Of a stretch of 64,000 nt of DNA, positions 49,071 through 58,805 are shown in pieces. Position 1 is the stretch's first letter, and every line of letters begins with the position of its first letter. The notes beneath the pieces were generated by a model, which worked only from the letters and a program-made list of their open reading frames with translations, did not search any database and had not been told where the DNA came from. The translations under genes were made by a program, and so were the position numbers. The DNA is taken from positions 170,405-234,404 of the forward strand of contig OY969557.1 of assembly GCA_963701025.1 (NCBI GenBank), written 5' to 3'. This stretch comes from an uncultured bacterium. GTDB taxonomy: Bacteria; Patescibacteriota; Minisyncoccia; Phycocordibacterales; PALSA-1337.

Positions 49071-50972
49071 CTATTTCTTTTCCTTAAACTCCGCATCCTT
49101 CACATTATCCGCGCCATCATCTTTTGGAGGAGTCTGGCCGGCTTGAGCCCCACCTTGCGGCGCTTCCTGCTTCATATACTGCCCAATCTTCTGAATCTCA
49201 TCAGACAAAGCAGTCGTAGCCGCCTTTATAGCCGCCAAATCTGGTGTAGCGGAATCCTTGACGCGCTTGAGGTCGGCTATCTTGTCTTCGATAGACTTTC
49301 GCAGGTCAGACGGTACTTTATCCCCTGCTTCTTTCAAAGCCTTTTCGGCGGTGTAGGCAAGCTGCTCGGCTATATTCTTTGCCTCTATAGCTTCCTTCTT
49401 TGCCGCATCGGCAGAAGCATTAAGTTCCGCGTCTTTCTTCATCTTCTCAACCTCTTCCTTGGACAAGCCTGACGAAGCGGTTATCTTTATCGAATTAGAC
49501 TTGCCCGTCGACTTATCTTTAGCTGACACATTAAGAATACCGTTAGCATCAATGTCGAATGTGACCTCTATCTGCGGCATGCCACGAGGGGCTGGAGAAA
49601 TGCCACCGAGATTGAACTGACCGAGAGACTTGTTGTCAGAAGCGAGAGGTCGTTCGCCTTGGGTGATGTGAATGGTCACTTCGGTCTGATTGTCAGCGGC
49701 CGTAGAAAACACCTGCGAGCGCTGTGTTGGAACGGTCGTATTCTTTTCTATAAGCTTCGTGGCAACACCTCCCATGGTCTCTATTCCAAGAGACAGCGGA
49801 ATGACATCGAGCAAGAGCACATCGTGTACATCTCCGCCGAGAATGCCTCCTTGGATAGCCGCACCGACTGCCACCACTTCATCAGGGATTGACGCTCATA
49901 TTCGGCTCCTTGCCGAAGTATGCTTTGACCGCGGCCTGAATAGCCGGCATGCGGGTCTGACCACCGACCAGGATGACTTCGTTGCAAGCTGACCGGTCTT
50001 GAATGGCGAAGCATCCATGGCGCGTTTCGTTATCATCATGGCGCGATCTATGAATCTCGGTGCAGAATTTTCGAGCTGTGCACTGGTGAAAGTGACGAGG
50101 AGGTGCTTCGGTCCGTCAGCACCGCTTGTTATAAACGGGATGTTGATCTCCGTCTGCATGGCCGTAGACAATTCAATCTTTGCCTTTTCGGCGGCTTCGT
50201 CGAGGCGCTGTAAAGCAAGAGCATCTTTTTTGAGATCTACACCATTCTCTTTCTGGAATGTGTCAGCCAGCCAATTGACTATCTTTGCGTCAATGTCGCG
50301 TCCGCCGAGGTGGCTGTCGCCGTCGGTAGACTTCACTTCTATAGTGTCAGCACCGACTTCAAGAACGCTGATGTCGAATGTTCCGCCACCGAAGTCGAAG
50401 ACCGCTATCTTCTCGTCCTTTTTCTTATTGAAGCCGTAGGCCAATGCCGCCGCCGTTGGCTCATTGATGATGCGTTTGACGTCGAGACCTGCGATCTGAC
50501 CGGCGTCTTTGGTAGCCTGGCGTTGGGAGTCGTTAAAGTAAGCCGGAACGGTTATGACCGCCTCTGTTATCTTTTCGCCCAGACGTGTTTCGGCATCTGT
50601 TTTTAATTTTTGAAGTATCATGGCCGAGATTTCTTCCGGTCGCATCCATTTGCCTGCCATGTTCACCTCGATGCCGCCCGAGGCCGATTTGCGTGTCTCG
50701 AATGGCACGTTCTTTATATCTTTCTGCACTCCCGGATCATCATAGGTGTGGCCCATGAAGCGCTTGATCTGGAAGATGGTGTTTTTCGGGTTCGTCACCG
50801 CCTGCCTCTTTGCAAGCAAGCCGACGAGCCTCTCGCCCGTCTTCGATTGGGCGACGATGGAAGGAGTGGTTCTCGCTCCCTCCGCGTTCTCGAGGACCTT
50901 CGGTGTGCCCGCTTCCATGACGGCAACTGCCGAGAAAGTCGTTCCGAGGTCTATTCCGATGATTTTGGACAT
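49071..50972 (-). pseudogene. dnaK: Chaperone DnaK (Hsp70), interrupted by a -1/+1 indel pair ~100 nt apart
   Basis: The N-terminal ATPase ORF (49896-50972) and C-terminal ORF (49071-49877) are in the same frame. The intervening '[33 protein letters not shown]' is in another frame, and the original frame hits a stop. Shift sites are near 49980 and 49886 (C3 run). Confidence 0.85.
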
Positions 50973-51028
50973 ATTTTTAAGTTAATTTAATGTTGATTTA
51001 TAAGGGTATTTTGAGTATCTGATTTTGC

Positions 51029-51057
51029 TTGACAATATACTTGAGTGGTGCTATAAT
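51029..51057 (+). promoter_or_regulatory. Perfect-consensus sigma70 promoter TTGACA-17-TATAAT
   Basis: TTGACA at 51029-51034, a 17-nt spacer, then TATAAT at 51052-51057. The 5' UTR contains GGTTTAAGCTAGC...GCTAGTTTAAACC inverted arms. Confidence 0.55.
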
Positions 51058-51167
51058 ACTGGCAGTTAGGGTTCTTTGAGAATGGTTTAAGCTAGCTTTG
51101 AGGAAGTAGAAATCTTGCTTTTTCGGAGCTAGTTTAAACCACAACAATCTACGAAAGGAAATAAATT

Positions 51168-51449
51168 ATGAACACTGGTAAACAACACAGGACAATCCGT
51201 AACGGAATGTGGCGGGATCCAGAAGGTTCAGTCATCGAAATTACGACTGAGCCCCAAGAACCAATGCCGACCATGCAAGAAATTGATGAGCTTATCTCAA
51301 ACAATTTCCCGGATATTCCACGAGACAAAATCAGAATTAGTTGGGATGTCCGTTGCAGTGGTGCTGGTGCCGGTTTCGTTAATCGCGAAAACCCCCAAAT
51401 CTCTCTCGTCCTTGTTGTCCCTAAGGAATTGGACAAACAAGTCAAATAA
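51168..51449 (+). CDS. Small hypothetical protein downstream of the consensus promoter
   Basis: 93-aa ORF with an RBS-like 'aaaggaaataaattATG'. Confidence 0.45.
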   Translation: MNTGKQHRTIRNGMWRDPEGSVIEITTEPQEPMPTMQEIDELISNNFPDIPRDKIRISWDVRCSGAGAGFVNRENPQISLVLVVPKELDKQVK

Positions 51450-51536
51450 TCTGCAGTTATGAATTGCCGCTACAGGACTTAATTCTGGGCGGCTCTTCTT
51501 TTACCTCATTTTCATTTCACACCTAATTTTAATGAA

Positions 51537-51749
51537 CTACCTCACCTCCACTATCTTCGCCGGGCTTTGGTGGCCTTTGACCAATTTGACGGATTTTCCG
51601 GGAAACAATTCTCTCATGATCCGGAGGACTCGCCTGTTAGCCATATTACGCTCGGCTTTTTCACGCACTGACACGAAATAACTATCGTCACTTTTCCTGA
51701 CGACTTTTTCCGCGCGCGCATCTGTAGTGACTCGCACTTTGATGAGCAC
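51537..51749 (-). CDS. DUF167/YggU-family small protein
   Basis: 'MANRRVLRIMRELFPGKSVKLVKGHQSPAKIV' matches the DUF167 C-terminal signature. Confidence 0.5.
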   Translation of the reverse strand: MLIKVRVTTDARAEKVVRKSDDSYFVSVREKAERNMANRRVLRIMRELFPGKSVKLVKGHQSPAKIVEVR

Positions 51750-51754
51750 GGGAA

Positions 51755-52117
51755 TTATTTAGAGGAAGGAGCCCTAGTAGGTTGGCTCATAAAGAAATCG
51801 AGCGTTGTATAAGGAGAAACCAGAGAATTGAAAATTGAAAATTGAAAATTGAAAATTGGCTCATAATCATTACCCTTAGAAGGCAGGTAAAGAATCGTGG
51901 CTTTATTTTTCAATCTTGAGTCTTCAATCTTCAATCTGTCCTCGATCGGCTCCATGGAAATGATGCGGCCACGCAAAGCGCCGTTCACCTCAACAACAGC
52001 GAATTGGACGCGCACGAGCCTGCCATCCGGCGCGCGGAGGACTTTTTCATATATGCCTTTGTAGGATGAAGGGATGAGCATGTTGATTCGGCTATTATAA
52101 CCTCGACTGGTGGACAA
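51755..52117 (-). CDS. Hypothetical protein whose C-terminal half is encoded by heptanucleotide tandem repeats
   Basis: The N-terminal ~60 aa look protein-like. 'IFNFQFSIFNS' and 'RLKIEDSRLK' are translated from the (AATTTTC)n and (AGATTGA)n repeats. The coding status of the 3' half is doubtful. Confidence 0.3.
   Translation of the reverse strand: MSTSRGYNSRINMLIPSSYKGIYEKVLRAPDGRLVRVQFAVVEVNGALRGRIISMEPIEDRLKIEDSRLKNKATILYLPSKGNDYEPIFNFQFSIFNSLVSPYTTLDFFMSQPTRAPSSK
51826..51939. repeat. Simple-sequence repeats: (GAAAATT)x4 at 51826-51856 and (TCAATCT)-like x3 at 51911-51939
   Basis: Direct reading of 'gaaaattgaaaattgaaaattgaaaattgg' and 'tcaatcttgagtcttcaatcttcaatctg'. Confidence 0.7.
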
Positions 52118-52129
52118 GGGACATTATTC

Positions 52130-52678
52130 TTATTTCTTAAACTCCCCCACTCTCACTTTAGCCGGCCTCATTGGTCGACCATTCAGGTTATAGCCTTTCT
52201 GCAAGACGCCGATGATCATGTGATTCTTATCTTCAGAATCAACAGGCACATATTCGGCCGCTTCGTCTCGTATCGGATCGAATTTTTGATCGATAGGATT
52301 GACCTCTTCGAGGCCGGAATCATTCAAAGCTTTCTTGAGCTGGCTAGCGATGGATTCCACCCCTACGCGCCAATTTTTCTCGGCTTTTTCCCAAGCTTCC
52401 TTATTTCCCATAGCCAACTCGAAACTATCGAGTACGGGAATGAGACCGTCTATCAGTCGTTCATTGGCGAATTTGACGAACTCGGCCCGGTCGGCTTCGT
52501 CGCGCTTGCGGGCATTGATGAGGTCGGCTTTGGCCCTCTGCCAGCCGGTCAGATATTCCTGTTTCTCTTCCAAAGCTTTCTTGAGCTTATCGCGGAGATT
52601 CTTTATCGTTTCGGCGGCATTCTCCTCGGCGACGACGGAATCGTCTAGGTATTCATTGTCATCGTGTTTTTTGGTCAT
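52130..52678 (-). CDS. grpE: Nucleotide exchange factor GrpE
   Basis: 'KDKLKKALEEKQEYL...QRAKADLINARKR...LIDGLIPVLDSFELA...GVLQKGYNLNGRPMRPAKVRV'. Confidence 0.85.
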   Translation of the reverse strand: MTKKHDDNEYLDDSVVAEENAAETIKNLRDKLKKALEEKQEYLTGWQRAKADLINARKRDEADRAEFVKFANERLIDGLIPVLDSFELAMGNKEAWEKAEKNWRVGVESIASQLKKALNDSGLEEVNPIDQKFDPIRDEAAEYVPVDSEDKNHMIIGVLQKGYNLNGRPMRPAKVRVGEFKK

Positions 52679-52774
52679 ATATCTTTAAATGAGGTGCTAA
52701 TAGCATAGCGGAAAATGAAGGATCACGCAATAAAAAACCACCGGAGAACCGGTGGACGTGCATGATTGACGGGT

Positions 52775-53128
52775 TTAATGGATGATGACAGGGATTTTCG
52801 TCTTGCTTCGACCGCGAGCCACCGCTCCCATCAAAGCCGAATATCGTTCGTGCCGATGAAGCGATTTGCCGATTTCCACGAAGAGATTATCCATGTCTCC
52901 ATTGAAACCAGCCTTGCGGAGAGAGATCATGTAATGCTTGCAGTAATGTTTGATCTCCCTGCCGATCTTCATGGCACGCTCGCACCCATGCGGATCACGG
53001 ACTATCACAATGAGCTCTCGGATATCGCGTATCTTGTGGCGGCGTATTCGCCAACAAAAGATGCGGACGATTACCATCCGGTATATAGCGTAAAACAGGT
53101 CGCGCATATGAAGTTTTCCTGGGTTCAA
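52775..53128 (-). CDS. Hypothetical basic protein (strand ambiguous)
   Basis: 117 aa, between rpsI and grpE in the same orientation. A 124-aa antisense ORF (52766-53140) cannot be excluded. Confidence 0.25.
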   Translation of the reverse strand: MNPGKLHMRDLFYAIYRMVIVRIFCWRIRRHKIRDIRELIVIVRDPHGCERAMKIGREIKHYCKHYMISLRKAGFNGDMDNLFVEIGKSLHRHERYSALMGAVARGRSKTKIPVIIH

Positions 53129-53210
53129 AGTTTAGGCTGATTCTGGCACGAAAAAAGAGGCCTTGCAACCTCCTCTTTCTCCAAATTTCCAGTTCCTAAC
53201 TTCTAACTCC

Positions 53211-53618
53211 TTACCTTTTCGCCCACTGCGGGGACTTGCGCGCCTTCTTCAAGCCGAACTTGCGGCGCTCCTTGGCTCTAGGATCACGCTTGAGAAAACC
53301 GAGCTTTTTCACCGTGCCGCGAAGGGTGATGTCATATTCTAGGAGTGCCCGGGCTATGCCGTGGCGGACGGCTTCGGCTTGGGCGGCTATGCCTCCGCCC
53401 TTGAGCTTGACCGACACGAAGAATTTCTCCGCAGGCTTGCCTTTGCCGATGGCTTCAGCGACGACATTTTGTAATTCTTTTACGGGGAAATATGCCTCCA
53501 AGCTTTTCTCATTTATGTTATAGCTGGTCTTCGAGTCCGCAAAAAGTCGTACGCGGGCGATGGCGGTCTTCCTGCGGCCGACGGCTTCGAAGTATTTTCC
53601 TGTTGGTTTGGTAGGCAT
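53211..53618 (-). CDS. rpsI: 30S ribosomal protein S9
   Basis: 'GGGIAAQAEAVRHGIARALL' and the C-terminal 'KARKSPQWAKR'. Confidence 0.9.
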   Translation of the reverse strand: MPTKPTGKYFEAVGRRKTAIARVRLFADSKTSYNINEKSLEAYFPVKELQNVVAEAIGKGKPAEKFFVSVKLKGGGIAAQAEAVRHGIARALLEYDITLRGTVKKLGFLKRDPRAKERRKFGLKKARKSPQWAKR

Positions 53619-53659
53619 TTGTGTATTCGTGGTATTCGTATACTATTCGTTGATTCGGA

Positions 53660-54013
53660 TTACTTCTTGATTGTGAGATTCTTCATCCGCAAGTCGCGAA
53701 GCTTGTTCTTCGGCAACATATTGTAAACGGCCAAGGTGAAGACCTGTTTCATGCCCCGGCGGGCGATGAGCTCGCCCAAAGTCTCGCTCTTCAGGCCGCC
53801 GCGGTGACCGGTGTAGCGGACATAATCGTCTCCGGCGCCGCCCTGTTTCTTTTTAGCGGTCACGTAGGCCCGGCTAGCGTTGACGATCTCCACTTCCGCT
53901 TCGGCCACGGTGTTTTTGGCGAAAGAGACGGTCTTTTTGCCCATGAGGCAGGAAGCCGCTTCGCTGGCGATACGCCCGATCTTCTTGTCTGCCGCGTCAA
54001 TGGTGTACTTCAT
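53660..54013 (-). CDS. rplM: 50S ribosomal protein L13
   Basis: 'TGHRGGLKSETLGELIARRGMKQVFTLAVYNMLPKN'. Confidence 0.85.
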   Translation of the reverse strand: MKYTIDAADKKIGRIASEAASCLMGKKTVSFAKNTVAEAEVEIVNASRAYVTAKKKQGGAGDDYVRYTGHRGGLKSETLGELIARRGMKQVFTLAVYNMLPKNKLRDLRMKNLTIKK

Positions 54014-54040
54014 GTTGGTATATAATGCGAATGATACGAA

Positions 54041-54391
54041 TTACACAAATTCAATGAGCGCCATGGGGGCGCCGTCGAGATCCCTGTTCGGCATTTTGAC
54101 GATCCGGGTATAGCCGCCGGCGCGATTCTTGTACTTGGGCGCCACTGTATCAAAAAGCTTCTTGACCTCGCTAGCTCCTTGGATGCGAGAGGCGGCCAAG
54201 CGGCGCGAGGCCACGGAGCCGTTCTTAGCTCGGGTCACCAGCTTCTCCACGAACGGCCGGAGCTCTTTGGCCTTGGCCAAAGTGGTCCGTATGCGGGAGT
54301 CGCGTATGAGATTGCGCGCCAAAGAACGCATCAGAGCGTGCCTCTGGGTCTTTTCTCGGCCGAATTTCCTGATGTTTGAATGGTGGCGCAT
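54041..54391 (-). CDS. rplQ: 50S ribosomal protein L17
   Basis: 'MRHHSNIRKFGREKTQRHALMRSLARNLI...AGGYTRIVKM'. Confidence 0.9.
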   Translation of the reverse strand: MRHHSNIRKFGREKTQRHALMRSLARNLIRDSRIRTTLAKAKELRPFVEKLVTRAKNGSVASRRLAASRIQGASEVKKLFDTVAPKYKNRAGGYTRIVKMPNRDLDGAPMALIEFV

Positions 54392-54392
54392 G

Positions 54393-55367
54393 TTACTGTT
54401 TCATCGTGATGCCGTGCTGTGCCAGCAATTTCTTGATCTCCTGGATGCCCTTGGCGCCGAGACCGTCTATATCCATGATATCCGACTCTTTCTTGCGGGC
54501 AAGGCCGCCCAAGGTGCGGACATTGGCCGCGGCCAGAGCTTTGGTCGTCCGTCCGGAAAGGCCGATGGCGTCGATGCGGGTCTTCATGAGCTCGCCGTCC
54601 ATTTCCGCCCTGCTCTTCTTGACGGCGCCTTCGGAAGCTTCTGCGGCTTCATCCGCCGGAGTCTCCACAATCTCCTCCTCTTTGAAGCCGACGATGGCCT
54701 TGAGCTGGTGGATCATGAGGGTGATGGACTTCTCCAGGGCTTCGCGAGGCGTGATAGTGCCGTCGGTCTCGATGGAGAGGCGCAGGCGGTTGAAGTCGGT
54801 GCGATCGCCAACGCGCATGTTCTCGACCTCGTAGTTGGCTTTGCGGATAGGAGTGAAAGCGGCATCGAGAGTGATGGCGCCGATCTCTACGCGCTCTCTC
54901 TGCAGTGTCTCTTTTGAGACATAGCCGAGGCCCTTCTCCACGGTCATCTCTATGTCGATGGCGGAAGACTTCTCGGTGAGCGAGGCTATATGGAGATCAG
55001 GATTGAGGATCTCGGCTTGGCCGGGAACGTCTATATCCTTGCCGGAAACATCCTTAACGCCTTTGGCCTTTAGAGCGAGAACGACCGGCTCGTCGCCGGA
55101 AAGGCGTATACGGAGCTTCTTCAGATTGAGCAGAATGGCGATGACGTCTTCCTTGACGCCGTCGATAGCCGAAAATTCGTGTTCGATGCCCGCGATCTTG
55201 ACTCGGGTCACGGCCGCGCCAGGCAATGAAGACAGGATGATGCGGCGGAGGGAGTTGCCGAGGGTGTGGCCGTAGCCTGGATAGAGGCCGTCGATCTCAT
55301 AAGTGCCCGAAACGCCCTCTTCGCGGATGACCTTGGGTTTTGATGGCACGATGACGTCGTATGACAT
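54393..55367 (-). CDS. rpoA: DNA-directed RNA polymerase subunit alpha
   Basis: 'GYGHTLGNSLRRIILSSLPGAAVT' in the N-terminal domain and a C-terminal alphaCTD HhH. Confidence 0.9.
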   Translation of the reverse strand: MSYDVIVPSKPKVIREEGVSGTYEIDGLYPGYGHTLGNSLRRIILSSLPGAAVTRVKIAGIEHEFSAIDGVKEDVIAILLNLKKLRIRLSGDEPVVLALKAKGVKDVSGKDIDVPGQAEILNPDLHIASLTEKSSAIDIEMTVEKGLGYVSKETLQRERVEIGAITLDAAFTPIRKANYEVENMRVGDRTDFNRLRLSIETDGTITPREALEKSITLMIHQLKAIVGFKEEEIVETPADEAAEASEGAVKKSRAEMDGELMKTRIDAIGLSGRTTKALAAANVRTLGGLARKKESDIMDIDGLGAKGIQEIKKLLAQHGITMKQ

Positions 55368-55422
55368 GGTTTTTATATGAAAATAAACAGACGATTAATT
55401 ATACACTAAAAAAAGCGGATGT

Positions 55423-56031
55423 CTAGCGAGTGTAGAACTCGAGCACTGACCCGACGTCGAACAGAAGCTCGGCGACTTCGGTCGCCGGTTCGCCTTCGAT
55501 GCGGATCTCCTTGGTCTCCGGATCGACCTTGAGCCACCCCGGGACCTTTACGTTCTTCAACTCCTCATCAAGCTTGGCGAAAATGACCTTCTTCTTGCTG
55601 CCTTCGCGGATGGCGAGAACGTCGCCTACCGAGACTTCGTACGAAGGAACGGTGACCCTCTTGCCGTTCACCGTGATATGTCCGTGAGAGACCATTTGGC
55701 GTGCCGCCGAATGGCTCGGGGCGAAACCGGCCCGCAGGACGACATTGTCCAGGCGGCCTTCGAGGATGCGCAAGAGGTTCTTGGCATTGTCCCCGGTCGT
55801 CTGGAGGGCCTGCTTGACGTATTTGCTGAACTGGCCGCTCGCCACGCCGTAGCTGTATCTGGCCTTCTGCTTCTCCAGCATTTGGCGGCCGTATTCGCTC
55901 TTGCCGCCGCGGCGCTTGCCTTTGGTCTTGACCTTGGCCTGCGAGCGCATGGCGTACTTCTGCGTCTGTGTCTTTCTGAAGACGGGGGCGCCGAGATAGC
56001 GAGCTTTTTTGTAACGGGGGCCGATGTGCAT
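55423..56031 (-). CDS. rpsD: 30S ribosomal protein S4
   Basis: 'MHIGPRYKKARYLGAPVF...LDNVVLRAGFAPSHSAARQMVSHGHITVNGKRV'. Confidence 0.9.
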   Translation of the reverse strand: MHIGPRYKKARYLGAPVFRKTQTQKYAMRSQAKVKTKGKRRGGKSEYGRQMLEKQKARYSYGVASGQFSKYVKQALQTTGDNAKNLLRILEGRLDNVVLRAGFAPSHSAARQMVSHGHITVNGKRVTVPSYEVSVGDVLAIREGSKKKVIFAKLDEELKNVKVPGWLKVDPETKEIRIEGEPATEVAELLFDVGSVLEFYTR

Positions 56032-56074
56032 GGTAAGTATTGAAGATTAAAGATTGATTATTGAAATATTCTAA

Positions 56075-56506
56075 TTAAACTCTACGGGGCTTCTTTGGTT
56101 GCGGGCCGTTGAAAGGTATCGGCGTACGATCCTTGATGGAAGTGATGAGTATTCCCTTGGAAACGAAACCGCGAATGGCGGACTCGCGGCCCGAACCGAC
56201 ACCCTTGACCACCACCGATACTTCTTTGAGGCCGAGGTTCGACGCGCGAAGGGCCAACGTCTCGCCGACCTTGGCGGCCGCGAACGGCGTGCCTTTTTTG
56301 GCGCCGCGGAAACCGGCGCCGCCGCTCGAACCCCACATGAGGGCATTGCCATTCTTGTCGGTCAGCATGACCTTGGTGTTGTTGTAGGTCGACTGGACAT
56401 GCAGGATGCCGGATTCGACGCGCTTTTTGGCGCTCGGCCCGGCCGCCTTCGGCTGCCCTTCGGCTTTTTCGGCCCCTTCAGTTGTGACAATCCGCTTTTT
56501 TCCCAT
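56075..56506 (-). CDS. rpsK: 30S ribosomal protein S11
   Basis: 'GILHVQSTYNNTKVMLTDKNGNALMWGSSGGAGFRGAKKGTPFAA'. Confidence 0.9.
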   Translation of the reverse strand: MGKKRIVTTEGAEKAEGQPKAAGPSAKKRVESGILHVQSTYNNTKVMLTDKNGNALMWGSSGGAGFRGAKKGTPFAAAKVGETLALRASNLGLKEVSVVVKGVGSGRESAIRGFVSKGILITSIKDRTPIPFNGPQPKKPRRV

Positions 56507-56535
56507 GATTTTATGTTTTTTTGTTTATGCGTTTT

Positions 56536-56999
56536 TGTTTCTCCTTTCTACCTGCTACTTTCTACTTTTTCTACGTCTTCTCCTCCTTCCTGCGGCCGGA
56601 TCCCATGGTCTTCCTGACGTTGCCGCGGACGGTGCGCGAATTGGTCTTGGTCCGCTGTCCGCGCGCGGGCAGATGGCGAGCGTGGCGACTGCCGCGGTAC
56701 GACTTGATGTCTTTCAAGCGCTTGATGTTGCCGGCTACTTCGCGTTTGAGGTCTCCTTCTATCTTGAATGACTCGATCTGCTTGCGGATGGAGTTCTCCT
56801 GGTCCACCGAGAGCTCCTTCGGTTTCATGCCGGCGCCGACCTTGGTGGCCTCCAGTATCTTCAATGCCCGCGGCCGGCCTATGCCGTAGATCGCCGTCAG
56901 GGCGAATTCCATTCGTTTATTTTCCGGAAGTGTTATGCCGAGGATGCGCATGATTGTGTTTGTTTTGTGTTTCTCCTTTCTACCTGCTACCTTCTACTT
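56536..56999 (-). promoter_or_regulatory. Two copies of a 32-nt leader element (31/32 identical) upstream of rpsK (56536-56567) and rpsM (56968-56999)
   Basis: The mRNA sense reads AAGUAGAARGUAGCAGGUAGAAAGGAGAAACA. It has a GUAG(A/C)AG triplet repeat and an AAAGGAG core 25-32 nt upstream of each AUG. Confidence 0.45.
56571..56951 (-). CDS. rpsM: 30S ribosomal protein S13
   Basis: 'MRILGITLPENKRMEFALTAIYGIGRPRALKILEA'. Confidence 0.9.
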   Translation of the reverse strand: MRILGITLPENKRMEFALTAIYGIGRPRALKILEATKVGAGMKPKELSVDQENSIRKQIESFKIEGDLKREVAGNIKRLKDIKSYRGSRHARHLPARGQRTKTNSRTVRGNVRKTMGSGRRKEEKT

Positions 57000-57004
57000 G
57001 CTTC

Positions 57005-57121
57005 TTATCCCTGTCTCTGTTTATGTCTCGGATTGGCCTTGCACGTCACATACACATATCGTCCCCTTCGGACGATATTGCATTTGGCACAGATCTTTTT
57101 GACTGAAGCTTTGACTCGCAT
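57005..57121 (-). CDS. rpmJ: 50S ribosomal protein L36
   Basis: Not in the ORF track (38 aa). The minus strand reads '[38 protein letters not shown]' with a CxxC...C...H zinc ribbon. Confidence 0.8.
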   Translation of the reverse strand: MRVKASVKKICAKCNIVRRGRYVYVTCKANPRHKQRQG

Positions 57122-57134
57122 ATTCTTTCATATT

Positions 57135-57356
57135 CTACAGTCTCCTGGTGATGCGGCATTTGCCTCCGTACTGGTCTTGTTCCAGTTCCACCTTGTCGCC
57201 GACCAAGACGCGGATGCGGTTCATGCGCATCTTCCCAGCCAGATACGCAAGCACGATCTCCTTGCTTTCTTCCAGTTCCACCCGGAAGAGCGTGTCCGGC
57301 AATGCCTCGACGACGACGCCTTTAAGGATTTTTTTCGCTTGCGGCGCGGTATTCAT
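57135..57356 (-). CDS. infA: Translation initiation factor IF-1
   Basis: '[45 protein letters not shown]'. Confidence 0.9.
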   Translation of the reverse strand: MNTAPQAKKILKGVVVEALPDTLFRVELEESKEIVLAYLAGKMRMNRIRVLVGDKVELEQDQYGGKCRITRRL

Positions 57357-57402
57357 GCGTATAAACGCGAAAAACCATAGTAGCAGATATGACTGATGGA
57401 AG

Positions 57403-58767
57403 TCAAGGCTTTTGGACGTTTACGGTTATACGGGAAGGGTCCGACGGCACCGTGCTAACCCACGGCGGAGCTATCTCCCCGAAACTGTCGTTGATATCTA
57501 TAGCCGAAGCGTATTTCTTGATGATAGCGTCTGTTTCCGCCAAAGAGACCCCTGCAAAGGCCTTTTTCAGCGTGTCGACAGGTATGGAGCCTACCAGTTT
57601 GAAGGAACCGGAGATCTTGGCCACCAGAGAGCTTCCTTTAGCTGGGGAGAAATCGACGGGGTTCAGGATGGAAAAAGACAGCGAACCGAGACCGGGCGCG
57701 TCATAGGCTGAAGATCCGAATGTCGAGGTGGAAGACGCTCCAGCGAGCATGGCGGCCAGGTCTGATGTCTTAAGGATGATGCCGTAGACAGTACCCGTGA
57801 CCGTCACCAATGCGGAGTTCGTACCGGTTGACACGATTGACGGAGCGGCGAACGATTGCGCGTAAGCCTGCGGGTACGTGATATATCCGTTCGGCACGGA
57901 TCGGCCAGCCTTGGAGCTCAAACTCGCGGCCAGACTGGCTTGGAGATCGGCGGTCGTCGAAGCGAGCAATCCCGCCGCCACTGTCGTCCTCAATCCGGAG
58001 AATCCGTCGGTGACGTCCGATGACAGCCGGGCGTAGAAGGACGAATATTTCGGCGTCCCTTTATAGGCGACTATCTTGAAGTCGCTCAAGGGATCGGATC
58101 GGGAGATATTATAATCCGCGCCAGGCTGGTCGGCGACGATGGTGGCGGAGACGGTGCCCGGTATGATCCCGCCGCCGGAGGACGTATATCCCGGGATCAC
58201 TATCGAGCTAGTCAGGCGGTATATGAGACCGGAATCGTCCGCCAGGCGGGTGCCGGCGACCAAGCGCTGGGACTGCGGGCTGTAGGCGTTATAGACGGTC
58301 ACCGTTCCCTGGGCTTTTGTGGCGACGGGAGAACCGAGAGCGGCCGGAACGCTCGTCGAAGCGCTTCCGGTCTCTGTCACCGTCGAATAAGCGTATGGCA
58401 TGGATGCCGTCGCCACGGCAGGGATGACATACGTGCCGTTCACTTGTACGAGGACGGATTTTGGGACGATGGTGAACGTGGCCCGGGCAAAATGACCGGA
58501 CAGAGCGAAAGCCACGCCGGCGAGAATGATGACGATGCCTATCACGCCGGCGATCCAGGGAAAACGTTTTTGGTTGCGCCGTACCGGCGGCGGGGTGATC
58601 GGCATGCGACGAATTGCAATTGGCCGGTCATCTCTATGAATCTTGACCGGCTCGGACTTTTCCGGAGCTTTTTTCTCGTTCTTTTCGGCTTTATCGACCT
58701 TTTCTACGGGGATGTCCCGTATGGTCCGGCGATTACCGGGAACTATGTCTTGTACGCGGCGTGGCAT
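57403..58767 (-). CDS. Bitopic membrane protein: basic cytoplasmic N-terminus, one TM, large S/T/A-rich extracytoplasmic domain (PilN-like topology?)
   Basis: The start is taken at 'MPRRVQDIV'. The TM is '[19 protein letters not shown]'. Confidence 0.45.
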   Translation of the reverse strand: MPRRVQDIVPGNRRTIRDIPVEKVDKAEKNEKKAPEKSEPVKIHRDDRPIAIRRMPITPPPVRRNQKRFPWIAGVIGIVIILAGVAFALSGHFARATFTIVPKSVLVQVNGTYVIPAVATASMPYAYSTVTETGSASTSVPAALGSPVATKAQGTVTVYNAYSPQSQRLVAGTRLADDSGLIYRLTSSIVIPGYTSSGGGIIPGTVSATIVADQPGADYNISRSDPLSDFKIVAYKGTPKYSSFYARLSSDVTDGFSGLRTTVAAGLLASTTADLQASLAASLSSKAGRSVPNGYITYPQAYAQSFAAPSIVSTGTNSALVTVTGTVYGIILKTSDLAAMLAGASSTSTFGSSAYDAPGLGSLSFSILNPVDFSPAKGSSLVAKISGSFKLVGSIPVDTLKKAFAGVSLAETDAIIKKYASAIDINDSFGEIAPPWVSTVPSDPSRITVNVQKP

Positions 58768-58805
58768 TGGATGTGTTCCTTTGATTATAACATATTCGCC
58801 GGCCT

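Noticed and set aside
50973-51028. CIRCE (HrcA operator, TTAGCACTC-N9-GAGTGCTAA) upstream of dnaK/grpE
   Set aside because: No match was found upstream of dnaK, grpE or the 51168 ORF. The heat-shock locus here appears to lack CIRCE.
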